Source: an uncultured Acidobacteriaceae bacterium
GTDB taxonomy: Bacteria > Acidobacteriota > Terriglobia > Terriglobales > Acidobacteriaceae
NCBI GenBank assembly: GCA_963787905.1
Contig: CAWBFL010000107.1
Span: forward strand, 931-64,930
Length of the DNA: 64,000 nt
Direction of reading: 5' to 3'
The position numbers and the translations under genes were made by a program. The notes beneath the pieces are model-generated. The model was not told the DNA's origin. It did not search any database and worked only from the letters and a program-made list of their open reading frames with translations. Shown here piece after piece: positions 40,443 through 51,126 of this stretch; positions within the stretch are counted from its first letter, which is position 1, and the number at the start of each line of letters is the position of its first letter.

Positions 40443-41542
40443 CAGTTCGCCAGTGCCCCCCGCACGCCCGCCAGCCAGCCCAGCGGAACTCCCCCGGGCG
40501 ATCCGGCCGAGGCCGCTCCAAAGCTCAGCATCTGCCGGCTCACAACCTCCTCCACTGCCATCGGCCCCACCTGCTCCTGGCCAAGCACCCGGGTCAGCGC
40601 CTCCGCCCCCAGCGTTCCCGCCGCCAGCACTACTTCCGGCGCCGTCTCCAGCGTGTCCTCAAAATACGCAGCCGCCACGCTCACCGCCTGCGCCACCTCA
40701 CTGCTCGATGCCTCCACGCCGCTCCCAGCAGTCTTGCCTGCCGGCGTGCCTGCCGCAGCCAGCCGCGCCGCAATCGCCGCAATGCTGTTCTCTCCCGGCA
40801 GCTCCCGCGCCACCTCTCCCGCCGGCTCCGTCGCCGGAGAACTTCCTCGAACATCAGCCCCCAGATCGACCGTCCGGTGCAGCAGCAACGCTCCACCCTT
40901 CACAATCGCCGTGGTCACACCTTCGCGACCTGCATTCACTACCAGCCGCGGCATCTCGCCATCGTCCAGTCCGGCCAGCGTTGCCAGCGTGCTCGGCAGC
41001 ACCGCGCCGGGCTCAAATCCCGCCTCGCGCACCATGCTCTCGTACTCTTCCAGCACCACCCGAGGCATGGCCACCGCGAGCACCTGCACCACGCCTCGCG
41101 AACTTGCCATCACCTGGTAGCTCACGGCGGCATTGTCGGCGTCGAACGGCAGCAGCTTCTTCAGCCGGAAGCGCACCACCGGCAACGCCTCCGCGGCCTT
41201 CGCCGGAAGCTCGTCGAAGTCCAGCAGCAGCACGCGCATCGCCGCATCCGGAACCACCAGGGTCACATCGTGTCCCCGCTGGCTCACCTGCTCCAGGGCC
41301 GTCCGCAACGCCCGCACCAGCACCGGCCTGTCGGCCGTTCCACGTACGATTCCTGCTTCATTTCCGCCGGCGCCATCGTCCGCATGCAGTTGGGGCAGCG
41401 CGGTTCCCTCCGCCAGCGGCACCCGCGCCACGGCTTCCAGCAGCGCTGCCGCGTTCTCAGCCCGTGCCGCCACCACCCCCTCGGCCCGCACCTCGCACGC
41501 CAGCCGTGGCCGCGTCCCCAACGTTCTCGGCAAAATTTCCAT
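40442..41542 (-). CDS. PilM-like type IV pilus/T2SS assembly protein
   Basis: TLVVPD...RFRLKKLLPFD...YESMVREAGFEP; operon with PilN/PilO. Confidence 0.8.
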   Translation of the reverse strand: MEILPRTLGTRPRLACEVRAEGVVAARAENAAALLEAVARVPLAEGTALPQLHADDGAGGNEAGIVRGTADRPVLVRALRTALEQVSQRGHDVTLVVPDAAMRVLLLDFDELPAKAAEALPVVRFRLKKLLPFDADNAAVSYQVMASSRGVVQVLAVAMPRVVLEEYESMVREAGFEPGAVLPSTLATLAGLDDGEMPRLVVNAGREGVTTAIVKGGALLLHRTVDLGADVRGSSPATEPAGEVARELPGENSIAAIAARLAAAGTPAGKTAGSGVEASSSEVAQAVSVAAAYFEDTLETAPEVVLAAGTLGAEALTRVLGQEQVGPMAVEEVVSRQMLSFGAASAGSPGGVPLGWLAGVRGALAN

Positions 41543-41645
41543 TCCGTCCTAGACTACCTGCTTCCTTCCGCTTCCGCCCGCCAAACCACTCCGCCGATCA
41601 AGCACAGCGCCGCTTCGACCTCGAACCTTGCAGCTCGAACCTTCC

Positions 41646-43283
41646 CTACCTTCCCGCCTCAATGAACGTAACCTTGTTGATCTCCTTCAGTGTGGTGATC
41701 CCCAGCCGCACCCGCTCAATCGCCGAATCCCGCAGGAAGCCCATGCCCTTGTCGCGTGCCTTTTTGCGAATCTCCGAGCCGGGCTTCTTGGCCAGCAGCA
41801 TCTCGCGAATCTCGTCGTCCAGTTCCAGCAATTCGTGGATCGCCGACCGTCCCCGGAACCCCGTGCCCGCGCACTCGATGCATCCCGGCCCTTCCTTGAA
41901 CTGAAAATCGCGCCACTCGGCCGGATCCAGCCCGCTCGCGATCAGTTCCGCATCCGAGTAGTGCACATCGCGCACGCAGAACTCGCAAACCGTCCGCACC
42001 AGCCGCTGCGCCAGGATGCAGTTCAGCGCCGAAACAAAGTTGTACGGCTCCACGCCCATGTTCAGGAACCGGCCCAGCACGTCCACCACATTGTTTGCGT
42101 GCACCGTCGTAAACACGAGGTGGCCCGTCAGCGCCGAGTTGATCGCAATCTGCGCCGTCTCCGCATCGCGAATCTCGCCCACCAGGATCTTGTCCGGATC
42201 GTGGCGCAGAATCGACCGCAGCCCGCGCGCAAACGTCAGCCCCTTCTTCTCATTCACCGGGATCTGCGTGATGCCGCGAATCTGGTACTCCACCGGGTCC
42301 TCGATGGTGATGATCTTGTCTTCTTCGCTCTTGATCTCATTCAGCGCCGCATACAGCGTGGTGGTCTTGCCCGAACCGGTCGGCCCGGTCACCAGCACCA
42401 TCCCGTACGGCTCCTTGATGTAGCGCCGGAACCGCTCCAGGTCCTTCGCCGCAAAGCCCACCACGTCCAGGCTCAGCTTCTTGAACTTTTCCGACATTGA
42501 CTCTTTATCGAGTACGCGCAGCACCGCATTCTCGCCATGCACCGTCGGCATAATGCTGACGCGGAAGTCGATCAGCCGGCCCTTGTAGCGCACCCGGAAG
42601 CGTCCGTCCTGCGGCACCCTGCGCTCGGCGATGTCCAGCTCGCTCATCACCTTCACGCGCGAAAGGATGGTCTGGTGATGCTCCCGCGCAATCGGAGCCA
42701 TCGCCTGCTGCAGCACGCCGTCGATTCTGTACTTCACCATCAAACAGTCGTCGCACGTCTCCAAATGGATATCTGAAGCCCGCCGCTCCAGCGCCGTAAA
42801 GATGGTCGTATCCACCAGCCGGATAATCGGCGAGATATCGTCCTCGCCCGTCAGCCGCTCAATCGAAATGTTCTCGTCGGAGTTCTCGTCGCCGGTCAGG
42901 ACGTCGAACGCCAGCCCTTCGCTCGCCTCGTCCAGCACCCGCTGGCTCTGTTCCGTCTTCTTCAGGATGTCGGTGATCTGGGTCAGCGTCGCCACCCGCG
43001 TCACCAGCCGCTGCCCCAGCAGCCCCGAGATCTCGTCCAGCACCATCAGTTTCGAGGGATCGCTGACCGCAATCGCCAGCCGCCCCTCCATCTGCTCCAG
43101 CGGCACAAAGTTATACCGGAACATCATGTCGACGGGCACGCTCTTGAACAGCTCATGCGAGATCTTGAAGTTCTTCAGATCAACGAAATCAGCGTGATAG
43201 CGCCGCGCCAAGGCCTGCGCGCGCTCAATCTCGCTCATCCCCATCTCGCTCACACTGAGCGGCACTGCAACTGGTGTAGCCAT
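41646..43283 (-). CDS. GspE/PilB-family secretion ATPase
   Basis: ASDIHLE, LDIAERRVPQDGR, TGPTGSGKTT, TIEDPVEY, LRHDPDKILVGEIRD, tetracysteine motif. Confidence 0.95.
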   Translation of the reverse strand: MATPVAVPLSVSEMGMSEIERAQALARRYHADFVDLKNFKISHELFKSVPVDMMFRYNFVPLEQMEGRLAIAVSDPSKLMVLDEISGLLGQRLVTRVATLTQITDILKKTEQSQRVLDEASEGLAFDVLTGDENSDENISIERLTGEDDISPIIRLVDTTIFTALERRASDIHLETCDDCLMVKYRIDGVLQQAMAPIAREHHQTILSRVKVMSELDIAERRVPQDGRFRVRYKGRLIDFRVSIMPTVHGENAVLRVLDKESMSEKFKKLSLDVVGFAAKDLERFRRYIKEPYGMVLVTGPTGSGKTTTLYAALNEIKSEEDKIITIEDPVEYQIRGITQIPVNEKKGLTFARGLRSILRHDPDKILVGEIRDAETAQIAINSALTGHLVFTTVHANNVVDVLGRFLNMGVEPYNFVSALNCILAQRLVRTVCEFCVRDVHYSDAELIASGLDPAEWRDFQFKEGPGCIECAGTGFRGRSAIHELLELDDEIREMLLAKKPGSEIRKKARDKGMGFLRDSAIERVRLGITTLKEINKVTFIEAGR

Positions 43284-43593
43284 ATATCTGTAAGACTCCC
43301 CTCAACCTCGTCCGTTACCCCGGAATTGGCACAACCTGGCAATCCTGCCCCATTCTGGCTCTGCCCCTTCCAGTTTCCAGCCTCCGCCCCAATCCGCCAA
43401 TCCCCCGTATAGTGTAAGCCGCACACCTCCGGATTCCCCCCGCCTGCAGCGCACGGTCGCCCGGTTGGTCACTCCCGCACCCGAAGCCTCTGGTTGCCCC
43501 TCGATCAGCATTTTCACATCGGGAGTCTCCGCTTCCGGTCTACACTTGTGCCGCGATCACTCCCGCCCTCTCACCCGCATCGGAGAAGCTTGC

Positions 43594-45303
43594 ATGCGCC
43601 CCGGCTACTTGGTTCTCGCCTCGTCGATCCTCGCCCTCGCCTTTCCCGTCCTTGCCGCAGCGCAAAGCCCGCCGCAGCCCGCAGCGCCCACGCTCAAGGT
43701 CTATGCCCGCGAAACCATCGTCGACGTCACCGTCACCGACGCCAAGGGCAACCCTGTGCATGGCCTCACCCAAGCCGACTTCACCGTCAAGGAAGACAAC
43801 AAAGCCCAACCCATCCGCAGCTTCGCAGAGTTCAGCGCCCACCCCTCCGACGATGCCGGCCCTAACCTTCCGCCCAACACCTACACCAACCGCCAGCCGC
43901 CGGCCGCCAGCGACGCCGTCAACGTCTTCCTGCTGGACTTCCTCAACTCCGCGCCGGACGTCCCGCCCGACGTCGACCCCAATCCCGGCCTGGTCAGCGT
44001 GGGAGGGGTGAGCGGATTGGCGACCCTTCCGACTGCGCTCGGACGTCAGCACTTCATGAAAGTCAACGCAACCAAGTATCTCCAGAGCATGCCCACGGGC
44101 ACCCGCGTCGCTCTTCTCGGCATGTCCCAGCCCGGCAGCCTGCATATTCTCCAGGGCGTCACTTCAGACCCAGCCCTGCTCAGCGCCTCCATCGACGCAA
44201 CCCAGTATGGCACCCAGGCCATCGCCAACAGCCGCGAATCGTGGTGCACGCAGCAGGAGGGACGGAACCGGAGCACCCTCGAATCGTTCAATCAGATCGC
44301 CGCCGTCCTGGCCCAAATCAAAGGGAAGAAGAACCTCATCTGGTTTACCGTCGGTCTCCCCACCATCACCGACCCAGACCAGCGTCCCTCCTGTCTTACC
44401 GACTACTCCCAGGATCTGCAAAGAGCCTATGCCCTGCTGGCCGCCGCGCAGGTCGCCGTCTCTCCCGTAAGCGTCCGCGGCGTCGAACAGCTCAACCTTC
44501 CGGCGTCCGCCGCCGTGCTCTCCATGGAGGCCGTCGCCGAGTCTACCGGTGGCGCAGCCTATTACCAATCCAACGACATCGCCGGCCTCGTCGCCCAAGC
44601 CGTCGACAAGGGCGCCAACTACTACACCCTCTCCTACATCCCGCCCGGCCAGAAGTTCGACAACGCCCACCACTCCATCAGCATCGCCGTCAATCAGCCC
44701 GGCCTCACCCTCGTATACCGTAAGACCTACGACGCCATCGACCCCGCCACCATCAAGCCCACGCCCGGACTCGTGCTAGCCGACGCTCCGTCCGAGACCT
44801 CCTCCGGCAACTCCCATGCCAACCCCGCGATCGACATCAAAGCCGCCATGGGCCGCGCCATGCCCGTCTCGACCCAAATCGTCTTCAACGTTTACGTCGA
44901 ACCGGTCACTGCTCCTGCCGGTCCGGCTGCACCCACGAGAACCGTCCTTGGCACCCTCGATCCCAAGCTCAAGAACAAGCCGCTCACCCGCTACAGCTTC
45001 CTCTATAACTTCCCGGCCAACCGCCTCGCCTTCACATCGGCTCCCGACGGCTCCCACCATGGCTCAGTCGACCTCAACATCGCCGCGTACGATGCCGACG
45101 GCAAGCTCGTTACCGGCCTCAGCCAGACCGTCACCATGCCGCTCAGCGACATCCAGTTCCAGCAGTTCATGCGCGGCCCCTTCCACTTCCTGCAGCAGCT
45201 CGACCTGCCCTCCGGCCCGCTCTTCCTCCGCATCGGCATTCTCGACCACACTGCCAACAAAATCGGCACCCTCGAAATCCCCATCACCGTCCCCCAAAAA
45301 TAA
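43594..45303 (+). CDS. Acidobacterial-type VWA-related secreted protein
   Basis: Signal peptide; VDVTVTDAKGNPVHGLTQADFTVKED, GKKNLIWF, AESTGGAAYY..ND, YYTLSY. Confidence 0.85.
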   Translation: MRPGYLVLASSILALAFPVLAAAQSPPQPAAPTLKVYARETIVDVTVTDAKGNPVHGLTQADFTVKEDNKAQPIRSFAEFSAHPSDDAGPNLPPNTYTNRQPPAASDAVNVFLLDFLNSAPDVPPDVDPNPGLVSVGGVSGLATLPTALGRQHFMKVNATKYLQSMPTGTRVALLGMSQPGSLHILQGVTSDPALLSASIDATQYGTQAIANSRESWCTQQEGRNRSTLESFNQIAAVLAQIKGKKNLIWFTVGLPTITDPDQRPSCLTDYSQDLQRAYALLAAAQVAVSPVSVRGVEQLNLPASAAVLSMEAVAESTGGAAYYQSNDIAGLVAQAVDKGANYYTLSYIPPGQKFDNAHHSISIAVNQPGLTLVYRKTYDAIDPATIKPTPGLVLADAPSETSSGNSHANPAIDIKAAMGRAMPVSTQIVFNVYVEPVTAPAGPAAPTRTVLGTLDPKLKNKPLTRYSFLYNFPANRLAFTSAPDGSHHGSVDLNIAAYDADGKLVTGLSQTVTMPLSDIQFQQFMRGPFHFLQQLDLPSGPLFLRIGILDHTANKIGTLEIPITVPQK

Positions 45304-45411
45304 TCGCGCGCCTGCCGCCACTCCGAGGGTCCCATGTTCGACGCTGGTTTTGTTGCATTGACCATGGGGTTGCTCATGCCCGCGACGCGCTCTCGCGCCC
45401 AAAGTCGAGAT

Positions 45412-46335
45412 TCACCCGTGCCGCGCCCGCCACAGCGCTCCGTCCAGCGGATCGACTGCCGTCTCATGAACCCGCGCTGCCGGAACCAAAGCCGCCAGCC
45501 TTGACCCCATCGCCCGGCGCACCGGCGCAATCTGCGCCAGCACGCTGCCGGTAAATGCCACGCCGATCTCTGCGACGCGGTCCGCAGCAGCCGACGCATG
45601 CATTTTGCGATACACCAGCGCCACCAGCTCTGCCAGCTCCTCGCCCGCCCGCAGCAGAATCCCACCAGCCAGCTCATCGCCCTGCTCGGCGCACCGCGCC
45701 ACTACCGGCGCCAGCTCCGCAAAGTCTGGCGCTCCTGCGTCCCGCTGGTTGCCCATCGCCACCAACTCCGCCACCGATCCCAGCCCCCAGTGCCGCTCGA
45801 TCTCACCCAGCAACCGGGTTGGCGCGCCACTCCGGTCTTGCGCCCGCAGCGCCGCCCGAATCGCCTCCAGCCCGATCCAGTAGCCAGACCCTTCGTCGCC
45901 GAGTACCGGCCCCCAGCCGCCTGCGCCAAACAACTCTCCACTCCTCGCTCGCCCGATCGCGTTCGAGCCCGTGCCGGCGATCACCAGGATGCCCGCGCCG
46001 CCGGGGAACGCCGCATCCAGCGCAATCTCCTCGTCGCCGCACAGGATCAGTTCGCCGGGAACCACCGCCGCCACTGCCTGTCGCGCCCATGCCTGCACCG
46101 CCGGGCTGCTGACGCCAGCCAGCCCAAAGCACGTCCGCTCAACCTGCCCCAGCGAAACTCCCGCAGACGCCGCGGACGCCGCCAGCATGCTCTGCAGGCG
46201 CGCGGTCGCTTCCGGCTCCGGCACGCGCATCAGCTTCACCGTGCCCGTCGCCGCGCGCCCCAGCACGCGCGTCTGGTCGGCAATCAGGCACTGCGTCTTG
46301 GTCCCGCCGGCGTCAATCGCAACAAAAATCCCCAT
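45412..46335 (-). CDS. BadF/BadG/BcrA/BcrD-family sugar kinase (GlcNAc/MurNAc kinase-like)
   Basis: IDAGGTKT, IAGTGS, GGWGPVLGDEGSGYWIG. Confidence 0.88.
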   Translation of the reverse strand: MGIFVAIDAGGTKTQCLIADQTRVLGRAATGTVKLMRVPEPEATARLQSMLAASAASAGVSLGQVERTCFGLAGVSSPAVQAWARQAVAAVVPGELILCGDEEIALDAAFPGGAGILVIAGTGSNAIGRARSGELFGAGGWGPVLGDEGSGYWIGLEAIRAALRAQDRSGAPTRLLGEIERHWGLGSVAELVAMGNQRDAGAPDFAELAPVVARCAEQGDELAGGILLRAGEELAELVALVYRKMHASAAADRVAEIGVAFTGSVLAQIAPVRRAMGSRLAALVPAARVHETAVDPLDGALWRARHG

Positions 46336-46405
46336 GCGCAGCCATCATATCGCCCATCGCGGAATCCCGTTTGCCACCGCCGGGAGCACCCGCGCGCAGC
46401 CCGGC

Positions 46406-46468
46406 ACGCGTCACGAAGTGACCCCTCGCGAGCGCCATCGCGAAGCCGAATACGCGTCACGAAGTGAC
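46406..46468. repeat. Two direct copies of 17-mer ACGCGTCACGAAGTGAC in a divergent promoter region
   Basis: 46406-46422 and 46452-46468; each has a GTCAC-GAA-GTGAC hairpin; second abuts -10 TATACT. Confidence 0.75.
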
Positions 46469-46480
46469 TATACTCAGGCA

Positions 46481-49400
46481 ATGCCCGTGCGGTTGCATGC
46501 GTTCGATCTCGGTGTCGTTGCGTTCTACCTGGTCGCGATTACGCTGTTCGGCCTCCGCTTCGCCCAACGCGGCACCGCAAAAGACCGCTCCCTGCGCGGC
46601 TACTTCCTCGCCAACCGCACCGTTCCGTGGTGGGCCATCGCGCTCTCCATCGTATCCGCCGAAACCTCCACGCTCACCATCATCGGCACCCCAGGCCTGG
46701 CCTTCGGCGGCGACTTCGGCTTCCTCCAGATCGTCATCGGCTACATGCTCGGCCGCATCGTTGTCGCCGCGCTGTTCCTGCCCAAATACTTCCAGGGCGA
46801 GATGCTCACCGCCTACCAGCTCATCGACCGCCGCTTCGGCCGCACGCTCTATAAAGTCACCGCCGGCCTCTTCCTCCTCACCCGCGCCGCTGCCGAAGGC
46901 GTCCGCGTCTTCGCCGTCTCCATCGTGGTCGGCATCGCCATCGGCACCGGCGACGTGCTCTCCATCGCCATCATCTCCGCCCTCACGCTGCTCTACACCT
47001 TCGAAGGCGGAATGGCCGCCGTCATCTGGACCGACGTCGTCCAAATGGCCATCTACGTCGGCGGAACGCTGGTCGCCATCTGGTCGCTCGGCACGCACGT
47101 TCCCGGCGGCTGGACGCAATCCACACCGTCGCCTCTGCGGCCGGCAAGTTCCACATGTTCAACTTCGCGCTGAACCTCACCACTACCTACACCTTCTGGG
47201 CCGGCGTCCTGGGCGGCACGTTCCTCACCATGGCCTCGCACGGACAGACCAGCTCATGGTCCAGCGCATGCTGGCCGCAAAGAACCTGCGCGAATCGCGC
47301 CTCGCCCTGCTCTCCAGCGGCGTCGTCATCTTCATCCAGTTCGCGCTCTTCCTCCTCATCGGCGTCGGACTGTTCGTCTTCTACGGAACACATCCGGCTG
47401 CGCTGGCCAGATCGGCGCGGCCAACGGAATCGCATCTTCCCCGCCTTCATCGTCCAGCCAGATGCCCGTCGGCATCGCCGGCCTGCTGGTCGCCGCCATC
47501 CTCGCCGCCGCCATGTCGAACCTCAGTGCGGCCCTGAACTCGCTTTCGTCCACCACCGTCGTCGACTTCTACATGGGCTTCCGCCCCACCGCCGACGACC
47601 GCGAGCGCATGATCGTCTCGCGCGGCTCGACCGTCCTCTGGGCGCTGGTGCTCTTCGCCGTCGCCGTCTACTCGGTACACGCCGGCGGCAAAGGCAACGT
47701 CGTCGAGATCGGCCTCTCCATCGCCTCCGTCGCCTACGGCTGCCTGCTCGGCGTCTTCCTCCTCGGCACCCTCACGCGCTACGCTACGCAAGGAGGAGCA
47801 ATCATCGGCATGATCACCGGCTTCGCACTGAACATGGCTCTGTGGCTGCAACCCGCCGCAGTCCACATCGCCGGCATCACCGTGCCCAAGGTCGCCTGGA
47901 CCTGGTACGTCCTTATCGGAGCCATCGTCACCTTCGCCATTGGCTCGCTCGCCAGCCTCATCTTCCGCAAGCAATCCACCCGCACCAAGTCCGCCGCCAT
48001 CGCTGCCTCCCTCATCCTCGTCATCCTGAGCGGAGCGTCGCGCCGTTGCGACGCGCAGTCGAAGGACCCCGAAGCCGCCCGCCCTGCCACAAGCGCATCA
48101 GCCATTTCCGCCTCGAACCCCAACTTCCCCCCCCTCCCCCGACTTCTCCGCCGCCTCCGCCGCAATCAACACCGCCATCGCCCAAAAGAAACTCCCCGGC
48201 GCCGTCCTCCTCGTCGGCCACGACGGCAAGGTCGTCTTCGAGCAGGCCTACGGAGTCCGCAAATACGCCGGCGAACCCGGACTCGACGGCAAACCCTCCC
48301 CCGCCGAACCCATGACCGAAGACACCATCTTCGACATGGCCTCGCTCACCAAGTGCCTCGCCACCGCAACCGCCATCATGCAACTCTACGAGGCCCACAA
48401 ACTCAACTTCGACGCTCCCGTAGCGAAATACCTGCCCGAATTCGCCGCCAATGGCAAAGAGCACGTAACCATCCGTGAACTCCTCACCCACTACTCCGGC
48501 CTCCCGCCCGACGTGAACCTGAAAGACCCTTGGGGCCTCGCCGGACCCGACAAAGCCGAAGGTATCAAGCGCGCCATGGAATCGCCGCTCACCACCACCC
48601 CCGGCACCCATTTCGAGTACTCCGACATCAACTACATCACCCTCGGCGCCCTCGTCGAAAAAATCACCGGCCAACCGCTCGATGTCTACGCGCAACAGCA
48701 CATCTTTACCCCGCTAAAGATGACCCACACCCGGTATCTTCCTTTTGACACGGCTTGCGGGGCCGACACACTCGGCGCAGCCATCATCGGTGGCCACGAA
48801 ACTCGTGCATGCCCAACTGGAACCTGGGGTGTCGAAGGCAATCTCGGGGGTATCGCCCCCACCGCCCATGACGACCAGGGCACTCCCGAAACCAATCCCG
48901 ACTTCGACCACCTCCTCCGCGGCGCCGTCCACGATCCCACCACCCGTCGCATGGGCGGAGTAGCCGGCCAGGCGGGCGTCTTCTCCACCGCCGAAGACGT
49001 CAGCAAATTCGCCCAGGCCCTCCTCGACAAGCTCCTCTACGACAAAGGCGCATTCCCGCTCAAGCAATCAACCCTCAAGCTGATGACCACGCCCGAGCAG
49101 CCGTCAACCGCCCAGCCCGGCGCAACCATCTTTACGCCCGACGGCAAGCCCACCACCGGCGTAGCCGTGCGCGGCTTCGGCTGGGACATCAACTCCGCCT
49201 ACTCCCGCCCGCGCGGCAGCATCTTCCCCACCGACCTCTCGCCCACCGACAAGCCCGTCCCCAGCTTCGGCCACACCGGCTTCACCGGCACCAGCCTCTG
49301 GATCGATCCCGCATCCGACACGTACGTCGTCCTGCTCGCCAACTCCGTCCACCCCCGTGGCAACCCGCCCATCTCGCCCCTCCGCGGCGAAGTGGCCACG

Positions 49401-51056
49401 GATGTCGCGATGTCCCTCGGGCTTTCCACGAATTCCGTCTCGCTTAAGGGCACGGCTTCAGCCGTGCCGCAAGCCACCGCAAAAGACGGATCGGCTTTAG
49501 CCGCTGAGGTCACTTACCAGCCATCGCAACTCTCTCAGCGTTCAGCCACGCACAGCACTCCCTCCAGCAGCGACTGCAACGCGCCCGGCGTGACCTGTGA
49601 TATCACAGTGCTGAGGGAGTCCCCTTATCTTCCAATAGAAGACACGCGCCTGAATTCCCCGCCAGTATTGAACATTGACACCGTAAGTTCGACCCCAGGA
49701 CCCACCCTCACCGGAATCGATCTTCTTGAAAACATCAACTTCGATCCCCTGAACGACCTCGCCGCCCAACACAACAACCACCTCCGCATCGGCCTGCTCA
49801 CCAACCAGACCGGCCTCGACTCGCACGGCCGCCGCACCATCGACATCCTCCGCAACGCCGGCAACGGCATCGAACTCGTCCGCCTCTTCTCCCCCGAGCA
49901 CGGCATCTTCGGCGCGAAAGACTCCACCGACATCGGCCAGGAAGTCGATCCCACAACCGGTCTCAAAGTCATCAGCCTCTACGGCCCCAAGGACGCCGAC
50001 AAGCGCCCCAAACCCGAAGACCTCAAAGATCTCGACGCCGTCGTCATCGACCTCCAGGACGCCGGCGTCCGCTTCTACACCTACGAAACTGTTCTCGGGT
50101 ACTTCCTGGAAGCCTCCGCCTGCGAGGCGATTAGCGGCCATCGCCTGGAAATCGTGGTGGCTGACCGCCCGGCACTCATCGGCGGACTCGCCGTTCAGGG
50201 CCCAGTCTCCGACACCGCAGCCAGCTACATCAACTACATGCCCGAGCCCGTCCGCAACGGCATGACCCTCGGCGAACTGGCGCAATTCATGCGCACGGAA
50301 CACCCCGGCGGTTGCGCGCCCGCCGCGGTCGCAACCAACGTATCGCTTAAGGGCACGGCTTCAACCGTGCCCTTACAGCCCACAACGAAGGGAGCCGCTT
50401 TAGCCGCTGAGCGCAGCCTTTCCTCCGCCGTTGCGCTCGCCCACCTCACCGTCATCCCGATGCAGAACTGGCGCCGCCCCGAATTCTACGACCAGACCGG
50501 CGTTCCCTGGATCAACCCCTCGCCCAACCTCCGCAGCGTCGAAGCCGCCACCCTCTATCCCGGCCTCGGCATGCTGGACGCCACCAACATCTCTGTAGGC
50601 CGCGGCACCGCAACGCCCTTCGAAGTATTCGGCGCAGGCACGAGCTCAGCCACAAAAGACGCTCCCGCACAGCCCGCGTGGTTCGACGGCAAGGCCGTAG
50701 CCGCCTACCTCACCGCGCGCAAAATCCCCGGAGTCTCCTTCGCCGCGACCAAGTTCAACGTTGCCGACGACGCCAACCACTACCCCTACCACGGCCAGAC
50801 CCTCGAAGGCGTCCGCCTCACGGTCACCGACCGCGCCACGCTTGACTCCCCCGAACTCGGCATCGAGATCCTCTCCGCGCTGCACCACCTCTACCCCACC
50901 CAGTTCAAGCTCGACAAAGCCACCACTCTCGTCGCCAACACCGAAACCATGGCCGCTCTCGCCCGGGGCGACGATCCCCGCGCCATCGCCGCCTCCTGGG
51001 CGCCCGCGCTCGCCGAATTCAAAGCCCGCCGCGCCAAATATCTCCTCTACCCTTAA
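46481..51056 (+). CDS. Apparent fusion: sodium:solute symporter + beta-lactamase-fold serine hydrolase + NamZ/DUF1343 exo-beta-N-acetylmuramidase; several frameshifts (~47118, ~47245, ~47400-47460, ~48130)
   Basis: SSS motifs [49 protein letters not shown]; SxxK (ASLTK), YSD, GHTGFTG; Nam[32 protein letters not shown]. The hydrolase N-terminus (PDFS...KKLPGAV, from 48141) has no start codon of its own. Confidence 0.75.
48020..48070. repeat. REP-like element family C inside coding sequence (encodes [17 protein letters not shown])
   Basis: GTCATCCTGAGCGGAGCGTCGCGCCGTTGCGACGCGCAGTCGAAGGACCCC; inner stem GCGTCGC/GCGACGC. Confidence 0.6.
49444..49510. repeat. REP-like family A copy, in frame in coding sequence
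   Basis: 29 nt identical to 9364-9392 plus second arm CGGCTTTAGCCGCTGAGGT; encodes [23 protein letters not shown]. Confidence 0.85.
50347..50411. repeat. REP-like family A copy, in frame inside the NamZ domain
   Basis: TTAAGGGCACGGCTTCAACCGTGCCCTTA...GCTTTAGCCGCTGAG; encodes [22 protein letters not shown]. Confidence 0.85.
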
Positions 51057-51126
51057 TGCACCCGTTGGCGAATTCTCATCTACCTGTTGTCATTGAACTT
51101 AACCATGTTTTCCGTAGCATCTCCCA

